Shown one piece after another: positions 20,061-28,469 of a DNA stretch of 30,317 nucleotides. Position numbers and translations under genes: made by a program. Source of the DNA: a virus (lineage: Duplodnaviria > Heunggongvirae > Uroviricota > Caudoviricetes); IMG/VR virus record IMGVR_UViG_3300042301_002383, positions 67,322-97,638 of that record; one strand, given 5' to 3'. The notes below the pieces were generated by a model. It did not search any database, had not been told where the DNA came from, and saw only the letters and a program-made list of their open reading frames with translations. Numbering within the stretch: the first letter of the stretch is position 1; each line of letters opens with the position of its first letter.

Positions 20061-20863
20061 ATTAAATTTTGTTTAATTTTTGATAAATCATTCAAATAAC
20101 TTGAGAAGTTTTTAGTTATAAAATTGTGTAATTTATATGAATAGGTTTTATTATGGTTTGGTCCTGGATGTATGTCATCAACTCCATAATCCAAAAAAGG
20201 TCTTCCGTAATCACCATCGAATCTGTTAAATTCATTATAATCTTTTGGTATGTGGAAAAAACCATTCCATATCCAATTACATTTTTTAGATTCTAAAAAA
20301 TGCTTTATTAATAAATGATTTTTGTACCAATTTATAAAATCTTCATTATCATTTTGTAAATAAGTTAAATATTCTTGTGTTTTAACACCATCATCTGTTT
20401 CTTTCAAATATCCCCAAGATAATGTGGGCATAAAGGGTTCTATTCCCCCATCTTTAGTATATAATTCTCTTCTAAATGTATTTGTATACATTATTAATAC
20501 CAAATCTGGTTTAATTAAATCATAGTAACTCATTAAACATCTACATATAAAATCGTTACTTCTTCCTCCTGTTCCAAAGTTTAAATTTACCCCATTTTCA
20601 ATATGGTTACAAAATTGTGCCGGCCAAGTTTCATTATCATTGACACCGACTCCTTCCGTAATTGAACAACCTAATGACATAACTTTAAAACCTTCTTTTT
20701 TTATACTATCACCTCTAAATCCTAATTCATTATAGGTGTAGGTACATAGTCCTGTATTATCTCCACCGGAAGTTGTATATGTCTGATTTACTCTTTCTTT
20801 TAATGAATATTTGTAAGATGAGATTTCAAATCCTTTCGGGTTCCAATATTCTAATGGGTTCAT
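20057..20863 (-). CDS. SGNH/GDSL-like hydrolase or acyltransferase
   Basis: NELGFRGD, block I LGCSITEG, block II NFGTGGRSND, block V DDIHPG. Confidence 0.7.
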   Translation of the reverse strand: MNPLEYWNPKGFEISSYKYSLKERVNQTYTTSGGDNTGLCTYTYNELGFRGDSIKKEGFKVMSLGCSITEGVGVNDNETWPAQFCNHIENGVNLNFGTGGRSNDFICRCLMSYYDLIKPDLVLIMYTNTFRRELYTKDGGIEPFMPTLSWGYLKETDDGVKTQEYLTYLQNDNEDFINWYKNHLLIKHFLESKKCNWIWNGFFHIPKDYNEFNRFDGDYGRPFLDYGVDDIHPGPNHNKTYSYKLHNFITKNFSSYLNDLSKIKQNLI

Positions 20864-21360
20864 ATTAATTTATTTGTTTCTGTTTTTATATGTTCATTTT
20901 GTAAAAACCAAAGTAATGAGTATCGTTCACCTTCTAAAATTGGTGCTATTTCATGCTCAATTCCTACATCAAATATATAAGTGTTTCCAATAATTTTATT
21001 TAAAATTATTTCATTTGGATTATACAATGTAAAATCACCACCTTCAAAGTTATCATTTAATAAAACACCAACCGCATATAATCTGTTATCTCTAATATCA
21101 TTGTGTTTTCCAAACCAATCACCTTTCGTAAATTTATGCAAATGTATCGTTTTTTTTATTGTTCTAATTTCAATGTTTGTTTCCCTTTCCACAAAATCCT
21201 TCAACTTATCAAATAACCAATTGGTTTCTAATGAATAATCAATTGGTTGTGAATTATATTTTCTATCCCCCATTCTCCAATTTGTAATATGTTGATTGGA
21301 TTCTAATATAATGGACTCACACTCCTCTTTACTAAATAAGATTTTTTCTTTTAATATCAT
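20860..21360 (-). CDS. 2OG-Fe(II) oxygenase (prolyl hydroxylase-like)
   Basis: KHND...LLNDNFEGGDF...IEHEI.PI..GERYSL. Confidence 0.85.
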   Translation of the reverse strand: MILKEKILFSKEECESIILESNQHITNWRMGDRKYNSQPIDYSLETNWLFDKLKDFVERETNIEIRTIKKTIHLHKFTKGDWFGKHNDIRDNRLYAVGVLLNDNFEGGDFTLYNPNEIILNKIIGNTYIFDVGIEHEIAPILEGERYSLLWFLQNEHIKTETNKLI

Positions 21361-21370
21361 TTTTCTTAAT

Positions 21371-21913
21371 TTATAAAAATTTTCTTTTTGTTTTCCTCCT
21401 ATTTCTTAACCTATTTGTATTATCTAATAGGTGTTCATACTTTGTACTTGTTAAACCAATATAATCTTTTATTCTTTGTATATCCTCTTTGGTGTCGTAT
21501 ATCCCTTCATATGTAACTTTTAACTGAATTTCTTTTATTGTATTAAAATAGTCAATTGTATTATTTACCCATTCCTCAAAATATTTTATGTCTATTTCGT
21601 TTTCTTTTATCCATTCATCACTTACTTCATACCCATTTCTCCATTCCTTTCGTTGTACTGCTTTGGTATGTGATATTGAACACTCTCTCGCATCCTCACG
21701 CGTTAATCCAATTATCTTATCCCAATTTGTTAAATCAATATCCATTCTATTTTCAATTTCACTAATATTATATTTTACCACAATATTGTTTCCTTCAATG
21801 GATTGATTTGTGTATATTGGTTCATGTATCATTTTATGTTCTAGCTCCATAGACAACCATTCATTCAATTGATATCCACCACTTCTTGATAATGCAATAA
21901 TTAAAATTCTCAT
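21371..21913 (-). CDS. Sulfotransferase-like protein
   Basis: N-terminal IIALSRSGG...L......HEP (5'-PSB-like loop), IIGLTRED...S, VTYE.IY. Confidence 0.55.
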   Translation of the reverse strand: MRILIIALSRSGGYQLNEWLSMELEHKMIHEPIYTNQSIEGNNIVVKYNISEIENRMDIDLTNWDKIIGLTREDARECSISHTKAVQRKEWRNGYEVSDEWIKENEIDIKYFEEWVNNTIDYFNTIKEIQLKVTYEGIYDTKEDIQRIKDYIGLTSTKYEHLLDNTNRLRNRRKTKRKFL

Positions 21914-22950
21914 ATTAACGTTTTATTTGTAGTATCAATAAACTCATATAGATTATGAAATAGATTTGTGTTTTTCCACACTTTATTAAACTCTCTTTTA
22001 AATAATTCATGTTCTGGATGATTTGTATTCCAAACTTGTTTTAATTTAAACTCGCCCTCTGAAAATGTGCCCCAATTAGTTATCTTACCGAAAAACACAT
22101 TTACTTTCTTACCAAAAATAGAATACATTAAATTATAAAATGTTTCCATTTCGGTATAATTTGTATCTTGTACCACAAATGAAGTTTTAACACTTATTGG
22201 TAATGTATTAATGAATTTTAAATTGTTTATTAGATTTTCCCAATTACCACCTATTCTTGTTTTATTTTCATAGGTGTCTTTTGTACCTGCATCTATACTA
22301 ATTTCACAACTATGAACATATTTATGTATATTTGGCATACTATCCCACATTTCTTTATTCCACATTGATGCGTTTGTATGAAGATGTATTGATTGCAGTT
22401 TTGGATATTTTTTAGGATTAAAATTTCTTAGATAATTTCTAAACCCAACCGAAACAAACGGGTCTCCTGATCCTGTTATATATAGTGATTTCACATTTGC
22501 AGAATAATGAGTATCAATTTCTTCAATTGTTTTCTCTATCCGTTTAATTCCATTACTGTTTTCAACAATTAAATCTACCCTACAAGATGGACATTTATAA
22601 TTACAAGTTCTATCAAAGTTCATCATTAACATATCAGGAGTGTTATTTTCTATAATAGTATTATTAATATTTGAATTTGATTTTAAAGTAATTGGACCAT
22701 TTGCAACCCCATAATTTACTAATTTACTTAAAAATGGACAAAGTTCTTTATTACAATACTTAAATGAACCATCTAACATACTTTCTCTAATCTCTTGAAC
22801 AGGTTCACTATTCCATATTTCATTTAATTTATATTCATCTCTTTTAAATGAAACATTTAACCAAGATGGACAACACAAAAAATATTGATTATTGTGTATT
22901 TCCAATGAGTTGAATGGTACACCACATATGTAATTTTTTAAATCTACCAT
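21910..22950 (-). CDS. Radical SAM protein with N-terminal SPASM/twitch-like Cys domain
   Basis: CNYKCPSC (CxxxCxxC), ITGSGDP, LHTN, ISIDA. N-terminal CGVPF...LCC...IWNS...IR..M..G....C....CP. Confidence 0.85.
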   Translation of the reverse strand: MVDLKNYICGVPFNSLEIHNNQYFLCCPSWLNVSFKRDEYKLNEIWNSEPVQEIRESMLDGSFKYCNKELCPFLSKLVNYGVANGPITLKSNSNINNTIIENNTPDMLMMNFDRTCNYKCPSCRVDLIVENSNGIKRIEKTIEEIDTHYSANVKSLYITGSGDPFVSVGFRNYLRNFNPKKYPKLQSIHLHTNASMWNKEMWDSMPNIHKYVHSCEISIDAGTKDTYENKTRIGGNWENLINNLKFINTLPISVKTSFVVQDTNYTEMETFYNLMYSIFGKKVNVFFGKITNWGTFSEGEFKLKQVWNTNHPEHELFKREFNKVWKNTNLFHNLYEFIDTTNKTLI

Positions 22951-22959
22951 ATTTTATTA

Positions 22960-23430
22960 TTAATGAAACCAAAAATTTAATGCGTATCGTGTTCCTTCTG
23001 TAACTGGTTTTACTTCGTGATATTGATGACCGCCATCAAATACAACACCATCTCCCTTTTTTAAATTTACAACTTTATTATTTATATATGTATCTCCACC
23101 TATAAACCCATTGGATAACAAAATTATTGATGTTTTATTTTTTGCACCATCTACATGTCTTCGTAACCACCTACCATCCTTATATTCGGTCATTTGTAAC
23201 CACATCGTTTTGTAATTAGGGAAATTATTTTTACTCAACTCATTTATAACTGTATTATAAATTTCTTCATTCCACTTTTCTCTTTCTAGTAGTTGAATAC
23301 CTTGTTGACCCCATATCAACCAAACAAACCAGTTTGTTTTATGGGATTCACTTAAAACACATTCATTCTTAATTTTATCTATTAAATTATCACAAAATTC
23401 GTTGGGTAAAAGATTTTTATATATTTCCAT
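22960..23430 (-). CDS. 2OG-Fe(II) oxygenase
   Basis: EYKDG..LRRHVD...LS.GF.GG.T...KKGDGVVF....YHEVKPV.EGTRYAL. Confidence 0.85.
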   Translation of the reverse strand: MEIYKNLLPNEFCDNLIDKIKNECVLSESHKTNWFVWLIWGQQGIQLLEREKWNEEIYNTVINELSKNNFPNYKTMWLQMTEYKDGRWLRRHVDGAKNKTSIILLSNGFIGGDTYINNKVVNLKKGDGVVFDGGHQYHEVKPVTEGTRYALNFWFH

Positions 23431-23994
23431 TTAAAATAAAGTTTTTTCTTTTTTTACTTTATCCTTTATTTGAAATCCTAATGTTAAAGTTATTCTTGGT
23501 TTTTCTCCTATTACCGGCATACTGCCATGTTCGACCCTACCAGCAACACACCTCCAAACCATTCTTTCTTTTAACTCATTAATCTTACCATTATATATTG
23601 AGTGTCCGCCTTCATGTGGATATGATAGTATTATGTTATATCTAACATGTGTATATCCATCTAAATTTGAATCACTATGTAAATGAATTGAACCCCCTTC
23701 TTTATTAATACCAATTGCGTCTTCAAACATTGGGTCTAATATCCAATCATTAATTTTTTCTACTTCAATTACCCTATCCTTTATTTTTTTTACCAAATCT
23801 AATGGTGAATTTAATATTTTTGTTAATACACCGATTTGTCTAGAACCATATGGCGCATTTATGGTATGACTATTAGTTGTGTTTATTTGAAATAGATGTG
23901 AATTAGAATTTGTCCAAAATAAAAGATTTTCTTGTTCTTCATTTGTTATGAATTCTTCATAACCATATGTGTCATTCAAAATTATTTTTTTCAT
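23431..23994 (-). CDS. 2OG-Fe(II) oxygenase
   Basis: GGSIHLHSD...RYNIILS.P.EGG...EHGSMPV.G..PRITL. Confidence 0.8.
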   Translation of the reverse strand: MKKIILNDTYGYEEFITNEEQENLLFWTNSNSHLFQINTTNSHTINAPYGSRQIGVLTKILNSPLDLVKKIKDRVIEVEKINDWILDPMFEDAIGINKEGGSIHLHSDSNLDGYTHVRYNIILSYPHEGGHSIYNGKINELKERMVWRCVAGRVEHGSMPVIGEKPRITLTLGFQIKDKVKKEKTLF

Positions 23995-24722
23995 AATAAT
24001 GTTTTATTTATTTTTCTTTGTTCAAACTCTTTATAAAGATTATCATATTTTTGTTTAAAATTATCATTGATTTCTATTACACACTCAAATTGTTTACTTG
24101 AGTTTATTTTTTCCATTTTAAAATCCTTATTTAATTTTTTTGATACCCAATTTTCTAATTCCACCAAATTATCAATATCAAACCAAATAATATTTGGATT
24201 ACTATTTGTGAGTTCAACTACTGGTGTAAATAATATATCTAACATATTTTTAGTATAGGACTCTTTTTTTGAAATTTTTAACTTAGTTAAAAAATTATCA
24301 ATAACTTTAGACCTATTTTCCAAATTATAAATGTCATTTGATGTGATATTATCAAACATATCATTAGTTGTTAACTTTGAAAATTTATCAGCAATATCAA
24401 ATTTATTTTTTCTGTATAATTCATCTATAATGTGTTTCCATAAAGATAAAAATCTATCATAATTGTTTCTTCTTATTGAAATAATTTGATTGTTTATACC
24501 AAATTTTTCTTGTAATATATATAATGGTTCATGTGCGTGTACTAAACTATCCGCCAATTCTTCATTATTCATTTTTTCCCATTCATTTATTTTAATCAAC
24601 TGATTATCAAGGTTTGAATTGAAATGTTCTACTGGTATCTTGTTTTTTAGACACGTAATCATAAATGATGTTGAAGCACATCTTGGTAAACTTATAAAAA
24701 TAAATTTTTTATCTATTAACAT
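23991..24722 (-). CDS. Sulfotransferase family 2-like protein
   Basis: FIFISLPRCASTS (5'-PSB) and IRRNNYDRFLSLW (3'-PB). Confidence 0.75.
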   Translation of the reverse strand: MLIDKKFIFISLPRCASTSFMITCLKNKIPVEHFNSNLDNQLIKINEWEKMNNEELADSLVHAHEPLYILQEKFGINNQIISIRRNNYDRFLSLWKHIIDELYRKNKFDIADKFSKLTTNDMFDNITSNDIYNLENRSKVIDNFLTKLKISKKESYTKNMLDILFTPVVELTNSNPNIIWFDIDNLVELENWVSKKLNKDFKMEKINSSKQFECVIEINDNFKQKYDNLYKEFEQRKINKTLL

Positions 24723-25402
24723 TATATTAAATGATTTCCCTTTTCAAATCTCTTTTCAAAATTTTCCCAAATGAATGATTTTAATTCGTCATTTACAATT
24801 ATCTTATTTGGTCGTTTGGATGTTTTATTTGTGTGATTTATAATTAATGTTTCTCCAAATCTATCTTCTATAAAATCTGTAAATTTATCAATTTCACTAA
24901 TGTCAAATTCGTAGGTACATTTTTTATTAGATTTGAAAAATCTTTGGGAAAGTAAAGTGTCAACCGCACCTCTAATCGGTAATTCACATTCAAAATTTTC
25001 TTTTACTAGTTTAAACCAGCACTTCCTAAATCCATCGTGATCGTTACTCAACAAATGTAATTTATTTAAAAAATCGGTATTAAATGTTTTATAGATATAT
25101 TCATTATCAACATCCTCCCATTTACGAACAGCAGTGTATTCGCTTTCAAATTCTATATTATCCCAAACAAAATTTAGGGCACTTAACCATCTAGATAACC
25201 AATCACGTGTTATACAAACAGTTTCTTTATCCCCCCATCGTTCTAAACATTGATTCACCGGTACGTGAAAATGCCGTGTTTTGTCATTTGGTACAAATAT
25301 TTCTAAATTTAATTTTGAGTTTCTTAATGATTGTTCAATGGAATAACTGGCACACTTTGGGATAGAAACCCAAATGAGTTCATTATTAATTAAATGAGAC
25401 AT
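24722..25402 (-). CDS. Sulfotransferase family 2-like protein
   Basis: WVSIPKCASYSI, ITRDWLSRWLSA, SQ..F, and a C-terminal N...K-type end. Confidence 0.75.
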   Translation of the reverse strand: MSHLINNELIWVSIPKCASYSIEQSLRNSKLNLEIFVPNDKTRHFHVPVNQCLERWGDKETVCITRDWLSRWLSALNFVWDNIEFESEYTAVRKWEDVDNEYIYKTFNTDFLNKLHLLSNDHDGFRKCWFKLVKENFECELPIRGAVDTLLSQRFFKSNKKCTYEFDISEIDKFTDFIEDRFGETLIINHTNKTSKRPNKIIVNDELKSFIWENFEKRFEKGNHLI

Positions 25403-25404
25403 TT

Positions 25405-25707
25405 TTATATAATTGTTTTAGTTGATTTAAACCCTTTTAAATATTCATCTTCAACTTGTTTCCACTTTCCTAACGGACACGATCCCTTTTTATCTAAATA
25501 TGTTTTGGGTGTGTATACTTTACCTTTTAATGGGCAACCACATTCTCCACATTTTAATGACCATTCTTTATTTTTATTTTTAAAAAATTCTTGTTTAGAT
25601 GGGCATTCTAAACAAATATCAAACCTATCATCTGCCAATTTTTTTAATTCATTAGAGTGTATAAGTGTATTGTACCACGCGATTGAAATTTCTTTGAGAT
25701 CTATCAT
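25405..25707 (-). CDS. Small six-Cys metal-binding protein (DUF6171-like)
   Basis: R..ICLECP...CGECGCPL..K.......CPLGKW. Confidence 0.7.
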   Translation of the reverse strand: MIDLKEISIAWYNTLIHSNELKKLADDRFDICLECPSKQEFFKNKNKEWSLKCGECGCPLKGKVYTPKTYLDKKGSCPLGKWKQVEDEYLKGFKSTKTII

Positions 25708-25708
25708 A

Positions 25709-26281
25709 TTATAAGAGTGTTTTTTTATAACTACTTTTTTCTTTTATTGCAACCCAATTAACTAATGTATATCTATTACCATTTTTAACTACCGTTACTC
25801 TATGATCGATATCAGATAAAAAAACGATAGTGTTACCTATTCCCTTTTCTACTTTCATTATTGAACCATCGGATAATTTTAATTCTAAATCACCTTCTTC
25901 ATATTCATCATTTAGTTGTATAACTAAAGAACAATATCTTTCGTGTTGTGTAACTTCTTTTCCTGTAATATCTTTATGCCAAACAAAAAAATCACCATCT
26001 TTATATTCTGTGAATTGGAATTGACTATTTTTGTAATCTAAATCGAATCCTTTTATGGTGATATTTTCATCTAATAATTTAGATATTTTTTCTAATATAA
26101 ATGGAAATTTTTGATAATATGGATAAAATACCACATTTGATTTTCTGGTACCATAAGTTGGGGAATCATAACCAATGGTTTTTGCAGGATTTAATATTAA
26201 ATTTTCTAATGTGAAATTCAGAACTAAATCACATTCTTCTTTTGTTAATAAATTTGATACGGATTTATATGTAAACGACAT
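25709..26281 (-). CDS. 2OG-Fe(II) oxygenase (PKHD/prolyl 4-hydroxylase-like)
   Basis: QFTEY..GDFFVWHKD...SLVIQLN.EYEEGDL...G.TIVF.S.IDHRV..V..GNRYTLV.W. Confidence 0.9.
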   Translation of the reverse strand: MSFTYKSVSNLLTKEECDLVLNFTLENLILNPAKTIGYDSPTYGTRKSNVVFYPYYQKFPFILEKISKLLDENITIKGFDLDYKNSQFQFTEYKDGDFFVWHKDITGKEVTQHERYCSLVIQLNDEYEEGDLELKLSDGSIMKVEKGIGNTIVFLSDIDHRVTVVKNGNRYTLVNWVAIKEKSSYKKTLL

Positions 26282-26287
26282 AACTTT

Positions 26288-26818
26288 TTATATTAATGAT
26301 TTTGTTTTTTTTGTTATATAGTTAACCGGCATCCAATGTAGAAAAAATTGTAATACTCTTTGGGTTTCGTCGCATTCTAAAGGATTTCTCCAATGAACGT
26401 TTTTATCAGCATCAAATAATAATATTCCGTCGCCTATATTTGTGTGATGTGAGTATTCTTCACCACCTATTTTAGCAAATAATGGCCATTCTTTGTTTAT
26501 TGTTGACTCTAAACATATTGAAATTGTTACACTTATATCTGTTCTATCTATATGTTTTGTTAAAAATGCACCATTGAAATACTCCCTAACATATGTGTTC
26601 ACATTATCTAAATGTTCAATTCCATTATTGAATTCTAACACTTTTGGTTTTAATTTTTCCATATATTTATCAAAATTATATGAAGGTCTAAATCCAAAAG
26701 AAGCATTCGTTTCTACCATTTTATCACTAGAAGAGTTATTTACCTTTTCAATATCAAATTGTTTAGATAAAAATACACATTCCTCCTTTGAAAGAATATT
26801 TGGAATGAAGTAAATCAT
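26288..26818 (-). CDS. 2OG-Fe(II) oxygenase-like protein
   Basis: YVREY..G..L.KHIDR...SVTISI......WPL...GDGIL.....HWR.PL. Confidence 0.75.
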   Translation of the reverse strand: MIYFIPNILSKEECVFLSKQFDIEKVNNSSSDKMVETNASFGFRPSYNFDKYMEKLKPKVLEFNNGIEHLDNVNTYVREYFNGAFLTKHIDRTDISVTISICLESTINKEWPLFAKIGGEEYSHHTNIGDGILLFDADKNVHWRNPLECDETQRVLQFFLHWMPVNYITKKTKSLI

Positions 26819-26836
26819 AACCTATTATTTTTAGAA

Positions 26837-26926
26837 TTAACTATTTGCAGTTACAATTAAATTGCCAATGGTAGTTAAAGTTGTGTTCAGTACGTTGATT
26901 TCTGTGTTTGTTATTATAGTTGTCAT
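26837..26926 (-). CDS. 29-aa Thr/Asn/Ile-rich peptide, below the ORF-track threshold
   Basis: Manual translation: MTTIITNTEINVLNTTLTTIGNLIVTANS*. It fills the gap between the ATP-grasp-Hint gene and the first oxygenase and has an A-rich 5' context. Confidence 0.55.
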   Translation of the reverse strand: MTTIITNTEINVLNTTLTTIGNLIVTANS

Positions 26927-26951
26927 ATTATTTTAATTTTTATTATTTTTA

Positions 26952-28451
26952 TTAACTCCAACATATTCCTTGATAAGCATTACAAGTCGGGTTACCGTAT
27001 GGACCGGAACAATATGGTTCGTTTTTTGGACAAGTCGGACAAGCGCCCCCCCAACAACATCCCACTGGACAACTAGGTCCATTATGTTCAATCGAAACAA
27101 ACGATTCGTTATTTGTTGATGTGGTCTTAGTTAAAAATAAGTGTGTTCTTTCTACTGAAATAAACCAACCGGTAAATACTTTTTTAATTTGTGTAACAGA
27201 TACTACTGTTTTTCTAACAAAATCCATTAACCCATCCGTTGTGTTTAACAATAAAACCGCATCTCCAGATACCACATCAAATAAATTTTCAAATTGAACT
27301 TCATTATTTCTTTCAATCAAATACGAAGAAACTCCCGTATCCTCCCAAGTACTATTATCGTCAAAAGTTAATTGATAAAAATATGATAATTTATTAACTC
27401 TTTTTAATGCATTAATTTTGTTTGTTGAATATGTTGTACCACTTAGTAATGTTTCATACGTTATTCCAAAATTTGCGGTATAGGATGCATTATCTGTGCC
27501 ATTTGGATTTGGTATATCAATTGTTTTAATTACATCATCAACATTTAAATCTAATGCGGTTTTAAATGTGCCGTCAGCCATTTCTACTAAATCAGTATCT
27601 AACAGTTTTGGTAACCAGTTACTATTTACAGAAGTTGTATAACTATCTCTATATTCTGAATTTATCTCATAAGTTTCTGAGTTATATTCTACATCAGTAA
27701 AAAATATATTTTCATTTAATTTAGTATATTGTCCTATATGAATTGATTGTAACGTCGGTGGGTATAATATGTTTAAACTTCTAACTACCTTTATGTGACC
27801 TTCGTAACTATTAGTGGTGTTACAGTAGTTTTCCATTAAAAAATATTCAGATGTAACATTTTCTAAAACCACATCTAATTCTTCTTGTGTTGTTACTTTA
27901 TAAAATTTAGGATAAACCTCTTTATCATAGCCAGGATACCTTGATTTTAGAATAAAATTAGGGTGTACACCATTATCTGTTATTGTTGTTATAGTATTAA
28001 TTAAAGTGTTGTTTTCATCTATGTAAGCAAATTGTGAACCGAACGATTGGGATTGGATAAGTTTCATAAATTCAACCTTATCTCTACAATAGGTATCATC
28101 TACCAACGCAGTTGTATCATATGCACTTCTGATAATTAATGTTTCATCATTATCCTCTATAACTGGGATAGTAATCGACAAACCACCAATTGCGTGGTAT
28201 TCATATGTAACGGAACTTCCTGTGTAGTGTGTTTCTAATGTTTTATGAAAATATTGAATATCCCCAACGTAATGTATATTTTGGAAATTATTATCAGTAA
28301 CAAATTGGTATAAATTTGTTAAATCCAAACAATCCACATCATCTTCAACTTTGGATGCGTTATCCCAACCAACTGCGGTGTTTATTTCGATGGGTTTTAA
28401 ATTACCATCCTGATCGTACATAAAGTCCGAACCTATTAATACTGTTCTCAT
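26952..28451 (-). CDS. Fusion: circularly permuted ATP-grasp-like domain + Hint domain + Cys-rich C-terminal peptide
   Basis: N-terminal GSDFMYDQDGNLKPIEINT (D...ExN motif placed first) with later FILKS..G......YFLMENY. Residues 282-457 read KLLDTDLVEMADG.FK...DL.VDD.I...ISVE.THLFL...IEHN. They are followed by 42 aa with 8 Cys. Confidence 0.7.
   Translation of the reverse strand: MRTVLIGSDFMYDQDGNLKPIEINTAVGWDNASKVEDDVDCLDLTNLYQFVTDNNFQNIHYVGDIQYFHKTLETHYTGSSVTYEYHAIGGLSITIPVIEDNDETLIIRSAYDTTALVDDTYCRDKVEFMKLIQSQSFGSQFAYIDENNTLINTITTITDNGVHPNFILKSRYPGYDKEVYPKFYKVTTQEELDVVLENVTSEYFLMENYCNTTNSYEGHIKVVRSLNILYPPTLQSIHIGQYTKLNENIFFTDVEYNSETYEINSEYRDSYTTSVNSNWLPKLLDTDLVEMADGTFKTALDLNVDDVIKTIDIPNPNGTDNASYTANFGITYETLLSGTTYSTNKINALKRVNKLSYFYQLTFDDNSTWEDTGVSSYLIERNNEVQFENLFDVVSGDAVLLLNTTDGLMDFVRKTVVSVTQIKKVFTGWFISVERTHLFLTKTTSTNNESFVSIEHNGPSCPVGCCWGGACPTCPKNEPYCSGPYGNPTCNAYQGICWS
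27081..27608 (-). other. Hint (intein-like) domain predicted competent only for C-terminal cleavage
   Basis: Block A-like LLDTDLVEMADG has Lys where the Cys1/Ser1 nucleophile aligns. Terminal His-Asn is intact (27081-27086), the +1 residue is Gly, the length is 176 aa and there is no endonuclease insert. Confidence 0.65.
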
Positions 28452-28469
28452 ATTTTCCTTATTTTATAT

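Noticed and set aside
27081-27608. Classical splicing intein or mobile element
   Set aside because: No Cys/Ser at position 1, Gly at +1, no homing endonuclease, and no interrupted host domain on the C-terminal side.
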